From a virus, in IMG/VR virus record IMGVR_UViG_3300022752_000021: a DNA stretch of 64,000 nt; one strand, 5' to 3'. The position numbers were made by a program, and so were the translations under genes. How positions within the stretch are numbered: position 1 is the stretch's first letter; every line of letters starts with the position of its first letter. The notes under the pieces were generated by a model, which made no database searches, was not told the origin of the DNA, and saw nothing but the letters and a program-made list of their open reading frames with translations. Of this stretch, positions 9,893 to 21,283 are shown in pieces.

Positions 9893-12800
9893 GAGAGTGC
9901 TACTACCTTGAGATTCTTGATGACAGGCACAAGGGCTTTGTTGTCTGTGTACAAGCAGATCTTTACAGCAAATGTGTCGAAATCTGATACTCCACTTAGG
10001 GTGTAGGACACTTCTCTGAAATCGGATGGATTTGTTCCACTGACAAAAGAGTTGTCCTGATAGAATCCACTTGTGGTATCAAGGGTCAGTGCGCTGTATG
10101 GGCGACCAACTTCTCCCGTAGCATCACCGGTTCCAAAGATGTATGTCTTAGCATATACATCCACTTTTGTGTTTTTTGGATTGTTTGTATCAAATACAAC
10201 CTTGAGTTCTTTTGCTTTTTGTCTGTTCGGAATCTTCATCTCTCTTGTGATATATCTTGCGGTGTCATCAATGCTACCACTAAATGGTGCTAATTCACTG
10301 GTTGTGTTGGATGAACTAATCACGTTCTTCACAACATATCCAACACCAACAACATTGCTTCTATCAAGATCCACCATGAAGGTGTTCTTACCTTGGCTTT
10401 GATTGCTTACCGTTAGTTGTAAATCTATATCTCCAGCACCATCAACTGTTTTCTCTGACGGGAGAACGAAGTTTCTATACAGAGTTGCTGAATAATTCGA
10501 ACCATCTATATTGATAGTGGTGATTAGACTTACATTTGGTGGGGTGAACGCATAAAGATTTGGTTGGAGAATGGCAACCAGCCGTGCTTTGGAAGGAAGA
10601 GCATTCTCTAATGTGACATTATCAACAGTTGAGAACTGACATCTGTTGAGTTTGAATGTCAAATCTGTGCTTTGGTCTGCTGACCCAACATCACTGTTGC
10701 TTGTATTGAATAGCGAACCACCCATAAAGGTTGATGATATTCTTTGTCCTGTTGTGATATCTTTTTCTCCTATAGAAGCAGCAAACAAAGAATACTTTGT
10801 TGTGTTTGCTCTAATGAGAATTGCATATTGTCCAGGTTGCAAATAGACTGGAGATGAGAACTTAAAGTTTGTTGCAACGGGCTTTGTATTGTCTACAACA
10901 ACATTACTTGGAGACTTAACAACCGTGCTGAACGGAACAATATACGATGTCTGTGGTAGACCACTGACAGTTGGGCAAATCTCCACCGTGACTGGAAGTG
11001 TTGAATCCTTTTCACTAAAGTAAAGATCCACGCTCTCTAAATAGATGCCATCTGGATGTTCATTTGAGTCCACAAGGAATGTTTGAGCAAGTGGATCAAT
11101 CCATTGATCATATTTGGTGGAGTTGAAGTTCTTTCCACGTTGGAGAGGATTTGAAACAAACTTATTGCTGCTTGGAGTTTGTCTTCTCAACTCAGGCAAT
11201 CTTACAGATGCTACGTCGATTGGATTATCTTTCTTGATTCCAACAACATAGTATGTACCTTCTGCTACAGTAGTTGCATTTGCAACCACACCAGTTGAGT
11301 CATCAATGATACGAACACCCTTTTCACCAACCAAGAATGTGCCTGGTGCTATGGTGTATTGCACATTGAGTAACGAGCCATCATCTGATGTTGTGAAGTA
11401 AGATGAACCAGAAACACCATTCAATGTGCATTGACTTGTGATATTAGTATCATCAAAGAAAACATAGACATTCGTCTTTGGTTTCATGTTGTAGGCACTG
11501 ATGGTGATTGGCTTCTGTCTGACATAAGGAACTACACTCTGATTCAAAATCGTGTCTGAAGCGATATTGATATAGTTCTTATCAGTTCTGATGTCGAATG
11601 AAAGAGTATCTTTTCTATTTTGCTGTGACTCTTCAGTGAACCTAGTTACTTGATCTCTTGCTCGGAATGCTTCTTGAATAGCAGTTGCAGCAGATTCTTT
11701 CTTACGGGCTGTGGAGAAGAACTTATTGTTTGCTTTTCTTTCAGCATCAACGTCAACTGCAATTCCACTCCAGTTGCTTTCCCAATCTGCCCATTGAGTT
11801 CCGTGTCCCTTTGTATACACATCGTCGGGGTAGAGTTCGGCAGATATTGGGAGTTTTCTACCCATGTCACCAGAAACCCAAGCATCATTGCGTCCAGTAT
11901 CATTATTCTTTATATAAGGTCTTCTTATAGTGTCATACCAATAATCAGCATGAGGAGTTATCTTAAGTTGACCAACCCAATTTGGTAGACCAAATTGATT
12001 TACCTTGATCCTTGAACTTGCTTTTTGTTGCTCTGCGACTGGAGTCGCGTGTTGTGTGTATGAAGCACAGAAGATGTTGTCTACTGTAGTTGTTGTACCC
12101 GCAGCAACTCCTGTGTATTCAAACTTGAAAGCATCTGATATGAATGCTGGACGAAGTTCTCCGTGTTCGAAGTCAACAGAGCATCTGTAGTCTTCGTTCA
12201 TCACATCACCGATGGAATGTCCCTCAAATGCATCAACCAAAATTGCTCTCTTGATTCCTTCGTTTCCATTTGAGAGAGTTAAATCTGTACTAGCAATACT
12301 TGCTTCAAGATCTGAAAGGACAGCAAATTGCTCAAGATTGTCGATTCGATCAGAAAGATCATTTATATCTTTCATTGTAAATCGATCAACACCAGCACCT
12401 TCTCCCTTGATGTCTGCTGCGTTGAACGTGTATGCAGGAACACTGATTGAATAAAGTGTCATGGCATCACGGAGATCTTCGGGTGCAACTGGAGACTCGT
12501 TTGCAGAACCAGGTATTCTGAATACTGTTGTATCATCACCATCTGCCGCTATGTTGCGGGAGATTGCTATCTTATCGATGCGGGGGAGATATGCTTCGTG
12601 GTCATTGCGAATGCTGTTTTGCATGGTGTATACACCACCAACATGCTTATATGCAACACGATTATCTGCTGATGGAGCATTTGTTCCCGAACTAAACACT
12701 CGCCCTTGAGTTGTTACATATCCCTCAACCACTAGATTGTGTCTGAAGTCAACCATATTTGCCAACTGATATGCTTTCCCTGATGTTGGGCTAACATAAG

Positions 12801-15138
12801 TTGGTATATTTTCATATGAGATACCAGCATAGGAATTAGCAACAAATGGACCGCTTCCAGAATGCCTAAAGTATTTGTATGTTACGGTGAAATTGAAGGT
12901 AGTTCCTCTTTTATACAGATACAAGTATTCTGGCTTCACATACAGAACGCCCCAACTATAGAAAGAATCTTGTTGACCTGTATGGAAACGGAACCTATTA
13001 GTAATATCCAATCCTGTGGAATCAACTATACTCTGAATTGAATTAACGTCTGTATTTGTAAGTCTAAAGAGTATTTGACTTGGATTTCCACTGTCATCAG
13101 ATACGATCACTCGTTGCCAAGAGTTGTTGTTGACACGATTACTACCATCAGTACTTGGTATAAACGTGTCTACTGCGTCTGTTAGTGTTTTTGTCCTTAT
13201 AGAAGAAAGATTTTGACCTTCTTGAGTCTTATACTTTGTCTTTCCAACAAGCCAATATTGTCCACCAGTAAGATTACTTGCAGATATCCTTACTTTATCA
13301 CCATCAGCAGAAATCACACCAGTCACTCTTAGTGTTCCTGATGGTAGTTCCGTCGTTGGTAACACAACCCTATACATCAATCCAGAGACGTTATTTAAAA
13401 GGTAATAGCCATCAGCAGCATCAATAGAAACAGGACTACCATCAGGAACTTCGCCCGTGGAGGTACACCAGTTGTAGTCAGATCCCAAATTCAACAAAAC
13501 ATCTTTGCTTTGTGTACCAGCAGCCCATGAGAATGATACTGATGCTTCTCTGATGTATTCAAGGCTATCAACAGTCTTAATCATTGTCGTTGATGCGTTT
13601 GAATTGAGTGGATAGAGCAATGCACGTTGATTTGGTGCTGTCACAACGGGAACTGCTGTTCCCTGCTCCACTGTTATATTTGACAGCAATTTGGTAGAAA
13701 GAAAAGTCTTTCTATTAAGATAGTAGAGATTTAGCGGATGTCCATTTGTTGCTGTTAATCCCGATGGGCTATAGTGTGATATACGAGCGACAAATGGAAT
13801 GGGTGAATTAGAGGAATATGTTGTGCTAGAAACTATCGGTTCCGATGAAACTAGCCATGCAGTAAACGCCAATTTGGATGCATTGTTCGCAAATCCACCA
13901 TCAGCGTATTCACTAACGGTTAATTCTGCTGTTGCCCCGTATATTTCATACTCAACTGTGTAGTCATCCACTCCAGTATTTTGTAGGGGTACGGTCAGAT
14001 TACAGGTACTGTCATAGTTTCCACGAATGTAGTTACCGTAAAAATTGTTGGTTCTGATGTTCGTGAAATCGGCTGTAGTTCTTGCTTTTGGTATTTGAAT
14101 AATGTCTTTGAATCGGCTCTCATATTCATAGCCGTAGACATATGCTTTACCAGCACTTATTTCTGCATAAGCAAATGTATCTCCACCTTCTTTGAATGTG
14201 ATGTCAAAGTCGGAAGAGACATAATTGCCACTCTCTTCATACGTTCTCTTCGCAAACAAATCCATGATGTCAGAATATTGCGTATAGTCGTATTTCTTGA
14301 CAACAGTTCCGTCGATGTAATTTACAAGACTTATAAAATTCTCTGATGGGCTATCTGTGAAAGAAAGAACAAGGTCAATCTTATATCGGTGTGCGCCAGG
14401 AGCATTGTAGTTGTAACTCCCGTTAGCAGGATCCTTGATCGTGTAATCATCTTTCTCGGTGACTATTGTGTTTCTAACATCAAAACCCATCACACCAGTT
14501 GGTGTTGAGAAGTCACGAATAAAATTCGTAACTTGATATGCTGGTTCTAATTGATTGTCAGTTTTGACAAACGAGCCGTTGATGTAGTAAATGCCACTTC
14601 CAACAGATACAACTTTAGATTTGCCCCCGTATGGAACCGTAGAACTTGATGGGGCAACGGTTGCTACTGATGCAGGAGTTGCATCTGTTGTAAGAGTGGC
14701 ACCAGCAGTGAATGTGACACCTGAAAGATATGAAACTATGGCAACAGCATATGGATCAGAATCGCTATATGTTGCAAGAAAATCCAAAACCTTTGCCTTT
14801 GCCACAACATTGCCGCTACCATCAAGTTGAATGAGATTGTTTCCAACAACATCTTCTGCGGTTAGAGTTGCAGATGGGCTTGTTGCGGTTGATGGCAATA
14901 AACGAACAAAATCTAATGTTTGTGTGGAAATCTCCCCACCAATTATACGACTTCCATCCTTGAAAACATGATTACCAAATCGTTCGATTTGGTTTTGTAA
15001 GATAGTCTGTAGTTGAGTCAGTTCTCTAGACTGAACCGCATATCCAGGGCGGAAGAGCATCCGCAAGAACTTCTTGTCCTCATTGAAATCATCGTAATAT
15101 GGACTTGTGTTGAAAAGTTCTGAATCGTAAGACGACAT
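9889..15138 (-). CDS. Large virion structural protein (VrlC/DUF4815 type)
   Basis: 1749 aa; begins FNTSPYYDDF....FLRMLFRPGYAVQSRELTQLQTILQNQIERFG, contains APGAHRYKI and DPLAQTF; typical of cyanophage-like T4 myoviruses. Confidence 0.9.
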   Translation of the reverse strand: MSSYDSELFNTSPYYDDFNEDKKFLRMLFRPGYAVQSRELTQLQTILQNQIERFGNHVFKDGSRIIGGEISTQTLDFVRLLPSTATSPSATLTAEDVVGNNLIQLDGSGNVVAKAKVLDFLATYSDSDPYAVAIVSYLSGVTFTAGATLTTDATPASVATVAPSSSTVPYGGKSKVVSVGSGIYYINGSFVKTDNQLEPAYQVTNFIRDFSTPTGVMGFDVRNTIVTEKDDYTIKDPANGSYNYNAPGAHRYKIDLVLSFTDSPSENFISLVNYIDGTVVKKYDYTQYSDIMDLFAKRTYEESGNYVSSDFDITFKEGGDTFAYAEISAGKAYVYGYEYESRFKDIIQIPKARTTADFTNIRTNNFYGNYIRGNYDSTCNLTVPLQNTGVDDYTVEYEIYGATAELTVSEYADGGFANNASKLAFTAWLVSSEPIVSSTTYSSNSPIPFVARISHYSPSGLTATNGHPLNLYYLNRKTFLSTKLLSNITVEQGTAVPVVTAPNQRALLYPLNSNASTTMIKTVDSLEYIREASVSFSWAAGTQSKDVLLNLGSDYNWCTSTGEVPDGSPVSIDAADGYYLLNNVSGLMYRVVLPTTELPSGTLRVTGVISADGDKVRISASNLTGGQYWLVGKTKYKTQEGQNLSSIRTKTLTDAVDTFIPSTDGSNRVNNNSWQRVIVSDDSGNPSQILFRLTNTDVNSIQSIVDSTGLDITNRFRFHTGQQDSFYSWGVLYVKPEYLYLYKRGTTFNFTVTYKYFRHSGSGPFVANSYAGISYENIPTYVSPTSGKAYQLANMVDFRHNLVVEGYVTTQGRVFSSGTNAPSADNRVAYKHVGGVYTMQNSIRNDHEAYLPRIDKIAISRNIAADGDDTTVFRIPGSANESPVAPEDLRDAMTLYSISVPAYTFNAADIKGEGAGVDRFTMKDINDLSDRIDNLEQFAVLSDLEASIASTDLTLSNGNEGIKRAILVDAFEGHSIGDVMNEDYRCSVDFEHGELRPAFISDAFKFEYTGVAAGTTTTVDNIFCASYTQHATPVAEQQKASSRIKVNQFGLPNWVGQLKITPHADYWYDTIRRPYIKNNDTGRNDAWVSGDMGRKLPISAELYPDDVYTKGHGTQWADWESNWSGIAVDVDAERKANNKFFSTARKKESAATAIQEAFRARDQVTRFTEESQQNRKDTLSFDIRTDKNYINIASDTILNQSVVPYVRQKPITISAYNMKPKTNVYVFFDDTNITSQCTLNGVSGSSYFTTSDDGSLLNVQYTIAPGTFLVGEKGVRIIDDSTGVVANATTVAEGTYYVVGIKKDNPIDVASVRLPELRRQTPSSNKFVSNPLQRGKNFNSTKYDQWIDPLAQTFLVDSNEHPDGIYLESVDLYFSEKDSTLPVTVEICPTVSGLPQTSYIVPFSTVVKSPSNVVVDNTKPVATNFKFSSPVYLQPGQYAILIRANTTKYSLFAASIGEKDITTGQRISSTFMGGSLFNTSNSDVGSADQSTDLTFKLNRCQFSTVDNVTLENALPSKARLVAILQPNLYAFTPPNVSLITTINIDGSNYSATLYRNFVLPSEKTVDGAGDIDLQLTVSNQSQGKNTFMVDLDRSNVVGVGYVVKNVISSSNTTSELAPFSGSIDDTARYITREMKIPNRQKAKELKVVFDTNNPKNTKVDVYAKTYIFGTGDATGEVGRPYSALTLDTTSGFYQDNSFVSGTNPSDFREVSYTLSGVSDFDTFAVKICLYTDNKALVPVIKNLKVVALS

Positions 15139-15150
15139 CTGCTATTGCTC

Positions 15151-17436
15151 CTAGAACCCAATCAAGATTTTGAATTGTTCCATTTGTTCTATATTTCGTT
15201 GAACTGGTCGTATATTTTCTATGTATAACAAATCTCCAGATCCTATATCAAGGTCGGGATTGCTTATCGCATTGATGGTTACTGTAGGCATAACTACACC
15301 AGCAGATGCTCCATATGGAGTGAACGACACTGGATCAGATAAATTGAATGATCCTGTCACATTAGACAACTGTGCTATTCCTGTGAACCCAACACCACCA
15401 GCAACAGTAAAATCGACAATGTCGCCTGTCACTTTTTTCAGTGTAGTAAAATCTGTTTGTGATAGAGTTCCATCTAATGCATTCGATCCCTCAAGCACAC
15501 CATCTGTAAATGCACTGGAGTTTACAAGAGTGAGTCTTGTAGTTAGCCTATATTCTCCAAGATCAGCAATCACTCTTGGGGCAAATGCTGTTGATGCAAA
15601 TCTGCCAAAGATTTCATCATTGCCGAATGTCAAACCAACCGTTCCACTAGTAGAACCAAAATTCATTTGTCCAAACTGCTCACCAAACTCTTCGTCTAAG
15701 TCTACGATATTTGCTCCACTTAACGTGTAACCACCAGAGAAGGTTAAGGTCTTTCCAGAGGCAAACGACCCAAAGGTAGTGTCAATCACAACACTTCGAT
15801 TGTAATGGTCATATGATGTTATTACACCTGTTGCAGAAAGCGTAAGACCAATCGCATTGACATATTGATTTGCCGTATCGCCAGTTGCGAATGCTGCCGA
15901 AAATCCACTTGCATAATGAATTCTTACTTTAGTTGAAGCATCTTCTGACAGCCTGAAATTGCCGACAAGATCGGTCAAGAATATCTTATGAAATCTAGTT
16001 CCAGGAACTGTTTGTGAATCCACAATACGAGCAGATGCTTTGGTTTCTTTACCAAAGATATGATTGCCCACAACAAACGTATCTGTGAAATAAAGTTCGT
16101 TCTTGTATGGTGGTCGCTTCACAAGTGCTTCTACAACTTTGTCTTCATTTGAACCAGCCAAGGTCAACCCACCATAGAGATATGGATTTTTTAGAAGACC
16201 AAATTGACGATACTCATTTCTTGTGGAAAGTTTGTTTCCCTCTGTCCCTTCAAGTTCAACAACCAACATCACATCCGATGCACCAAGTTCTTTTACAGCG
16301 TTATATCCATGTCCCTTTGGTGTAGATAGATTTGTTGTGATAGAGTTGTTTAGTGGTAGAGACTGAATTGGAGTAGTAGTAATCCTTGGCTTGGCATAAG
16401 AGTAGTTTTTGCCAGAATTTACTACAGACAAAGAAGCAATTTTTTGATTTACTGATGTGATAGGAATGACAACAGCATTCTCCCCATCACCATCAACAAC
16501 AACATTCGGAACTATTTTGAATGTGCTTTGATTCGTTATATCTCTGTCTAGTGATGGATATACATTTGCATAGTAATAACTAACACCAGATCCACCCTTT
16601 ACAAAATTCAATATTCTAAAGTACTGACCAATGCCTGGTCCACTGCTAATATAGATGGCGTAGTTGTCGTAGTACCCGCTTGTGGGGATTCCATCCTCAC
16701 CGACTGGAACGAAATGGATGTATGAAGATCCCGCAGCATTTACGGTGATGCCAAGATCAGAATATATCGTTCCCTTATAAAGATCGCTTATAGTACGATC
16801 ATATTTGAATATCTTGGTAAATGTCGGACTCAACGAAGCATTCATAGAAACCGAGTCTATCGAACCAGGCTTCGCTGTGTTTTGAACCTCTCGCTGCTCT
16901 AGGTATTCACCCGAAGAAACAAAGATCGGGATATAATCTAACGTGATGTATTCAATGTCATCTTCGGATACTGTATAGAGATACTTCCATTTATAGCCAT
17001 CGGCTAATGTAATCGTATCTGGTGATTTACCTGTTGGCATAATCGTGGATGCACCAACAGCACCCATACACTTATAAACATTGAAATCTGTTGTTATCAC
17101 ATAGAATGACTTTCCTGCCATATCAGTTGTTTCTGAATATGGTGTGTATGCATTTCCATATGTCCAAGTGATTCGCGGAACAACAAAACGCATATTCTCT
17201 GGTTGAATTCGCTTTGCATAAATCATGTTTCTAAACGAATCATATTGATTGCGCGAAGACTCTGCTACGGAAGGTGGATTTGTATCACTCTCAACACTTG
17301 TGGTTGTTTCTGTATTGTCTTCATAAGGAACAGATCTACCAACAAACAAGTAGTAGTTGTTGCTGTTTGCAATCGAAGATCTGATTAGATCAATCAGATC
17401 AGTTTTCAACAAAGTTTTGAGAGCGTTGTTTGCCAT
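15151..17436 (-). CDS. gp8: Baseplate wedge subunit gp8
   Basis: YLFVGR, VVPRITW, FNVYKC, DGYKWKYLY, PKGHG, RQFGLLKNP and terminal SGDLLYIEN..P.QR...Q.E.FKI. Confidence 0.9.
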   Translation of the reverse strand: MANNALKTLLKTDLIDLIRSSIANSNNYYLFVGRSVPYEDNTETTTSVESDTNPPSVAESSRNQYDSFRNMIYAKRIQPENMRFVVPRITWTYGNAYTPYSETTDMAGKSFYVITTDFNVYKCMGAVGASTIMPTGKSPDTITLADGYKWKYLYTVSEDDIEYITLDYIPIFVSSGEYLEQREVQNTAKPGSIDSVSMNASLSPTFTKIFKYDRTISDLYKGTIYSDLGITVNAAGSSYIHFVPVGEDGIPTSGYYDNYAIYISSGPGIGQYFRILNFVKGGSGVSYYYANVYPSLDRDITNQSTFKIVPNVVVDGDGENAVVIPITSVNQKIASLSVVNSGKNYSYAKPRITTTPIQSLPLNNSITTNLSTPKGHGYNAVKELGASDVMLVVELEGTEGNKLSTRNEYRQFGLLKNPYLYGGLTLAGSNEDKVVEALVKRPPYKNELYFTDTFVVGNHIFGKETKASARIVDSQTVPGTRFHKIFLTDLVGNFRLSEDASTKVRIHYASGFSAAFATGDTANQYVNAIGLTLSATGVITSYDHYNRSVVIDTTFGSFASGKTLTFSGGYTLSGANIVDLDEEFGEQFGQMNFGSTSGTVGLTFGNDEIFGRFASTAFAPRVIADLGEYRLTTRLTLVNSSAFTDGVLEGSNALDGTLSQTDFTTLKKVTGDIVDFTVAGGVGFTGIAQLSNVTGSFNLSDPVSFTPYGASAGVVMPTVTINAISNPDLDIGSGDLLYIENIRPVQRNIEQMEQFKILIGF

Positions 17437-17437
17437 A

Positions 17438-19435
17438 TTAGAAATTCGGTGATACTAGGGTTGAACTTTCGATTAGACCATACTCATTATTTTCGCCTGT
17501 TGTGCCAAGATACGGGGTTCCTATTGGATTCGAGTGGAAGTGATATCCGATAGGCATCTTAAAGAATGGTTTCAAACAAACTGCTCCAAATGAAGCACCA
17601 ACACCAGTTCCACCCTCCCACATGCTGGTGAGTCCAACTATTCCTCTGATATTTGGGTGATGGTAAACCCCCCAATAGGAATAACTGAATCCCTGTGCTT
17701 CTATGTATCCCTCAACTCCAAGGCTGCTGCCGAGCGGTCTTCCTTGTGGATCATGAGTAAAGCCACCTGTTTCGGGAACAATGCCATGACCAAATCGAAT
17801 CATCTGTATAGTTGCAGTATTTCCACTACCACCAACAAGCGTAAGCGTTGATCCTTCAACAAATCCACCACCAGTTATAGAACCAACATCAAGGAGATTG
17901 AAGTCTATTGTTTTGAGAAGCAATGCGCCTTGAGTTGGACCCATGTAGGCAAACTCAAACACATTTGCGCTGATGATATTTCCATTCGATCCAGATGCTG
18001 CAATAGAACCGAAAGTCATACCAGCAGTGAAAGTAAATCCTACTGGAGTGATTATTAGTTTTCCGCCACTTGAACCATAGTTCTGATATGAATTGAACGT
18101 ATTGCCGCGCGGATTGAAGCCGCTTGTATAAAGGTAGTACAAGTCCGCAGTTGTTCCCATTCTATATGGAGTGTAGTGTCCAATGTATGGGATTTCATAT
18201 CTCTGAAACTCTGAATGGAATGGCAATGAATCGACCAGGTTACGCTTGATCAGAACCTCACCAAACATCTTGAATCCAGCGGGGTGAATTAGTTTCTTAT
18301 ATGTTTCTCTATAGCGAGAAAATGCGATTTCGCTACGAAGTACATACGAGAAATCTTGATAGTATGATCCATCAAAGATTCTCTTGTTTGAACTCAACTT
18401 TCCGTCGTTGTTTGCATAGTAACCTGTGTAGTTTGTCACACCACCAATCACAGCAGTTGCAGAAAATCCAGAACCTGTATTTGTTGCCACACCAACAGAA
18501 ACCTTGTTGGACTGATATCCAATTCCAGAATCTATAATTCGGAGAGTCTTGATCTCCCCCTCTTCATCCAAGAGTTCTATTGCAACAGAAAGACCAACAC
18601 CATCGCCACTATTTCCAATCACCACATCATCGGTCTTAGAATAGTTTGAACCACCAGATGTGACTTCGACGGAAGAAACCACAGGGTATACAGTTTCATT
18701 GAATGTGGTGACTGTTGAAACGACCGCTTGATTCGGAAGGAAATCTCCAACAAGATCTTTCAAGAAAAGTTCACATACGTTGTAATACTGCTTTTGGTAT
18801 TGAACGACTTGTTTTACAACACCAGAGCCAATTACCTCGCCGCTAACGGGATCTATTTGATAAACTTGGCTTCCTTCAACTGCGTAGTTTGCCGTTCCAC
18901 CAGTATTTGTTGTTTTTATAGAGATTGGTTCTATCCACCGTCCCGCAGATGTTCGTAATATGTCTTTGGTTGGATAGTAAATTTCTGCTGTTGCATTGTA
19001 TAAAAGTCTGAACAAGAACCTGTAAGCCTTTTCAGTTCCTTTTGCCCCATAGAAAGCGCGAGCATTCTTGATGAAGTTCGCTTCACTTATAAGATTACCA
19101 GATGAATCTGTCGCTAACTGATAGGGAAAGTTTTTGAGATATGTCTCTCTAAAATCAAGAAAGAATATACTCAAACTCTTATCAACATCCATCAAATCCA
19201 TAAACCCATCAATGATGCCGAATGGATTTTCCGCTCGTTCTAACCATTCATAATATGTTTCTAGAAATGTTCTAAAGTCTTCGTGATCCCGATTGATGAA
19301 GTCTGGAACTTGATCTGCAATCAGGTTGCTAGGACCAAACCTCTTGATTATTCGCGGAGACTCCTCCGACAGAGCCAATGTCTGTATCGCTGGTGCGGAA
19401 CCAGTTCCGCCGAATAACAGTGGTAATGATGCCAT
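17438..19435 (-). CDS. gp7: Baseplate wedge initiator gp7-like
   Basis: QVPDFI...F..FLETYYEWLE, FYGAKGT, YYQDFSYV, HPAGFKMFGE; lies between gp6 and gp8. Confidence 0.8.
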   Translation of the reverse strand: MASLPLLFGGTGSAPAIQTLALSEESPRIIKRFGPSNLIADQVPDFINRDHEDFRTFLETYYEWLERAENPFGIIDGFMDLMDVDKSLSIFFLDFRETYLKNFPYQLATDSSGNLISEANFIKNARAFYGAKGTEKAYRFLFRLLYNATAEIYYPTKDILRTSAGRWIEPISIKTTNTGGTANYAVEGSQVYQIDPVSGEVIGSGVVKQVVQYQKQYYNVCELFLKDLVGDFLPNQAVVSTVTTFNETVYPVVSSVEVTSGGSNYSKTDDVVIGNSGDGVGLSVAIELLDEEGEIKTLRIIDSGIGYQSNKVSVGVATNTGSGFSATAVIGGVTNYTGYYANNDGKLSSNKRIFDGSYYQDFSYVLRSEIAFSRYRETYKKLIHPAGFKMFGEVLIKRNLVDSLPFHSEFQRYEIPYIGHYTPYRMGTTADLYYLYTSGFNPRGNTFNSYQNYGSSGGKLIITPVGFTFTAGMTFGSIAASGSNGNIISANVFEFAYMGPTQGALLLKTIDFNLLDVGSITGGGFVEGSTLTLVGGSGNTATIQMIRFGHGIVPETGGFTHDPQGRPLGSSLGVEGYIEAQGFSYSYWGVYHHPNIRGIVGLTSMWEGGTGVGASFGAVCLKPFFKMPIGYHFHSNPIGTPYLGTTGENNEYGLIESSTLVSPNF

Positions 19436-21282
19436 TAGTAGTTTCCAGTAGCAGAATCAAGGAAGTTGACTGTTATTGCGGTTTGGGAGTTTGTATCAAC
19501 CTGAAGGACTTGATTTCTCTTCGGGATTATGTCGAATCGTTGATCTGGTGTAACTTCAAAAACAATGTAAGGTAGTGTACCAGTTCCGATTGGAAGGAAG
19601 CCTCGTAGATTCACTTTGCCTGTTTGGTAATCAATGGTTCCCAATTTGCTCTTTATGATAACCTTCTCAGAACCTCGCATAGAATACAAGGTCAATTCAC
19701 CAGCACCGTCGTCTTCGATAAAGCAATCTTTGATGTCATTGTTTGAGTCTCTGTGCTTGAAGATAGAAGTTTTTACGATGCTTTGTTCATATCCCTCGTA
19801 AGGGTGATTCAGAGCAATGTCAAAGTTGAGCGTATAGTTTCCAGCAAATGATATTGATGGGATTATCTTCTTATAAAGAGAAGTCGATATTCTATTGCTC
19901 ATTATGCTGTTGCTAGCAAGATCAATGTATCTCGACAAAATAGAGTAGCGGAAAGGGGCATTGAACTTGCCAAGATATAAACTAAAATAGTTTCGTATTG
20001 CTGCCATAGCAGCATCTTTGATAGTTGATTCAGAAACAAATGATCGTCTAGAATCATAGGTAACGAAACATGTAACATTGACAAATGTGTAGTCGGGATC
20101 GACTATTTCTGGTGTGATTGAAACAGTCTTCTTCTTATCAAGGATGTCACGCTTGATTGCTTCTTTTTGAGCATCACTCAACAATGCGGTATTCTTTGGC
20201 AAGATTGAAATGAATACCTTTCCGTATATTGGTGGGTCGTTTTGATCTCCTCCCCAAACACGCGCAGAGTCTGCTCCAGCATATTCCCGTAAGATGATTG
20301 CTTCGTAGTCATCAACAGTCACAGCACGATTTTGTGCTTGATAGAACTTTGGAGCGGTGTATCTAATCTTTTCTTCTGTCTCGCGTTCCCCACCACCATA
20401 TGATGGAGTTGTCGTGGCTACTTCTGCACCAAAATCATCTCCACCAATTCCATCGAATGTAAACGCGGGTGACTCTTCGGTTTCGCCTTTACCAATGTCA
20501 TTTCCGAGCAAGCCATCTGTTTCAAAATAGAGAATGGTGATAAAGTTTCCATCAGTTGGCTTTTGTCCAAGGATGCCGTCACCAAAACTTATTTCGTAGT
20601 TTCCACGATAGTTTTCATTGATAAAGAATACTTTACTATCAGAAGCAATGTCTAGAAAGTCTGCACTTTCCTTCCATGTTATATCCATGTTAGTCAAGTC
20701 TGACTGCGAAGACATGACGTATATCTTGGTCAAATCCTTGTCTATGTTCTTTGATGGTATTTCAAACTTCGTTGTGTTGCTGTTGGCGTTGTATACAAAC
20801 GAAGCAGAACGATATACGCCTTGTCGAATCTCGACGTTTTTTGCTGTATACGGAACTGTAGTCTTGTCTATTGTAAAAACATCAGTTGTGGTGAATGTAT
20901 AGTTCTCGCCGTCTTTGGATGAGAAGAATTTAGTGCCTTGTGGAATACTTGAGGGAACTCCGCTTGTTGTACCGAAAGTAACGTCAACAACAGCCGTAGC
21001 AGCATTCCTTGAGTTTGGGACATAACCCAAATTCTTTGCGAGTGATACTATAGAACGACGAAGAACTGCCGAATCAATAAAAGACTCTGATGCAAGCATG
21101 TTTGCATAAAGAGCCATGTAGTGTGTGTTGTAGGCAAGAAGATCTAAAAGGATATTTGCTCCAGAGCCTTCGTAATCGAAGTCGCTGAATTCATTTGTAC
21201 CCGAAAGAAACGTCTTCAGGTTTTCCTTGATTCCATCGAAATCAAGATCTGTTACTGGTGTGGTCAATGCACGATTTGGCAT
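19435..21282 (-). CDS. gp6: Baseplate wedge subunit gp6
   Basis: LDFDGIK.NLK.FL, FSDFDYEGS, LLDLLAYNTHY, AQNRAVT..DY, PPIYGKVFISI. Confidence 0.95.
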   Translation of the reverse strand: MPNRALTTPVTDLDFDGIKENLKTFLSGTNEFSDFDYEGSGANILLDLLAYNTHYMALYANMLASESFIDSAVLRRSIVSLAKNLGYVPNSRNAATAVVDVTFGTTSGVPSSIPQGTKFFSSKDGENYTFTTTDVFTIDKTTVPYTAKNVEIRQGVYRSASFVYNANSNTTKFEIPSKNIDKDLTKIYVMSSQSDLTNMDITWKESADFLDIASDSKVFFINENYRGNYEISFGDGILGQKPTDGNFITILYFETDGLLGNDIGKGETEESPAFTFDGIGGDDFGAEVATTTPSYGGGERETEEKIRYTAPKFYQAQNRAVTVDDYEAIILREYAGADSARVWGGDQNDPPIYGKVFISILPKNTALLSDAQKEAIKRDILDKKKTVSITPEIVDPDYTFVNVTCFVTYDSRRSFVSESTIKDAAMAAIRNYFSLYLGKFNAPFRYSILSRYIDLASNSIMSNRISTSLYKKIIPSISFAGNYTLNFDIALNHPYEGYEQSIVKTSIFKHRDSNNDIKDCFIEDDGAGELTLYSMRGSEKVIIKSKLGTIDYQTGKVNLRGFLPIGTGTLPYIVFEVTPDQRFDIIPKRNQVLQVDTNSQTAITVNFLDSATGNY

Positions 21283-21283
21283 T

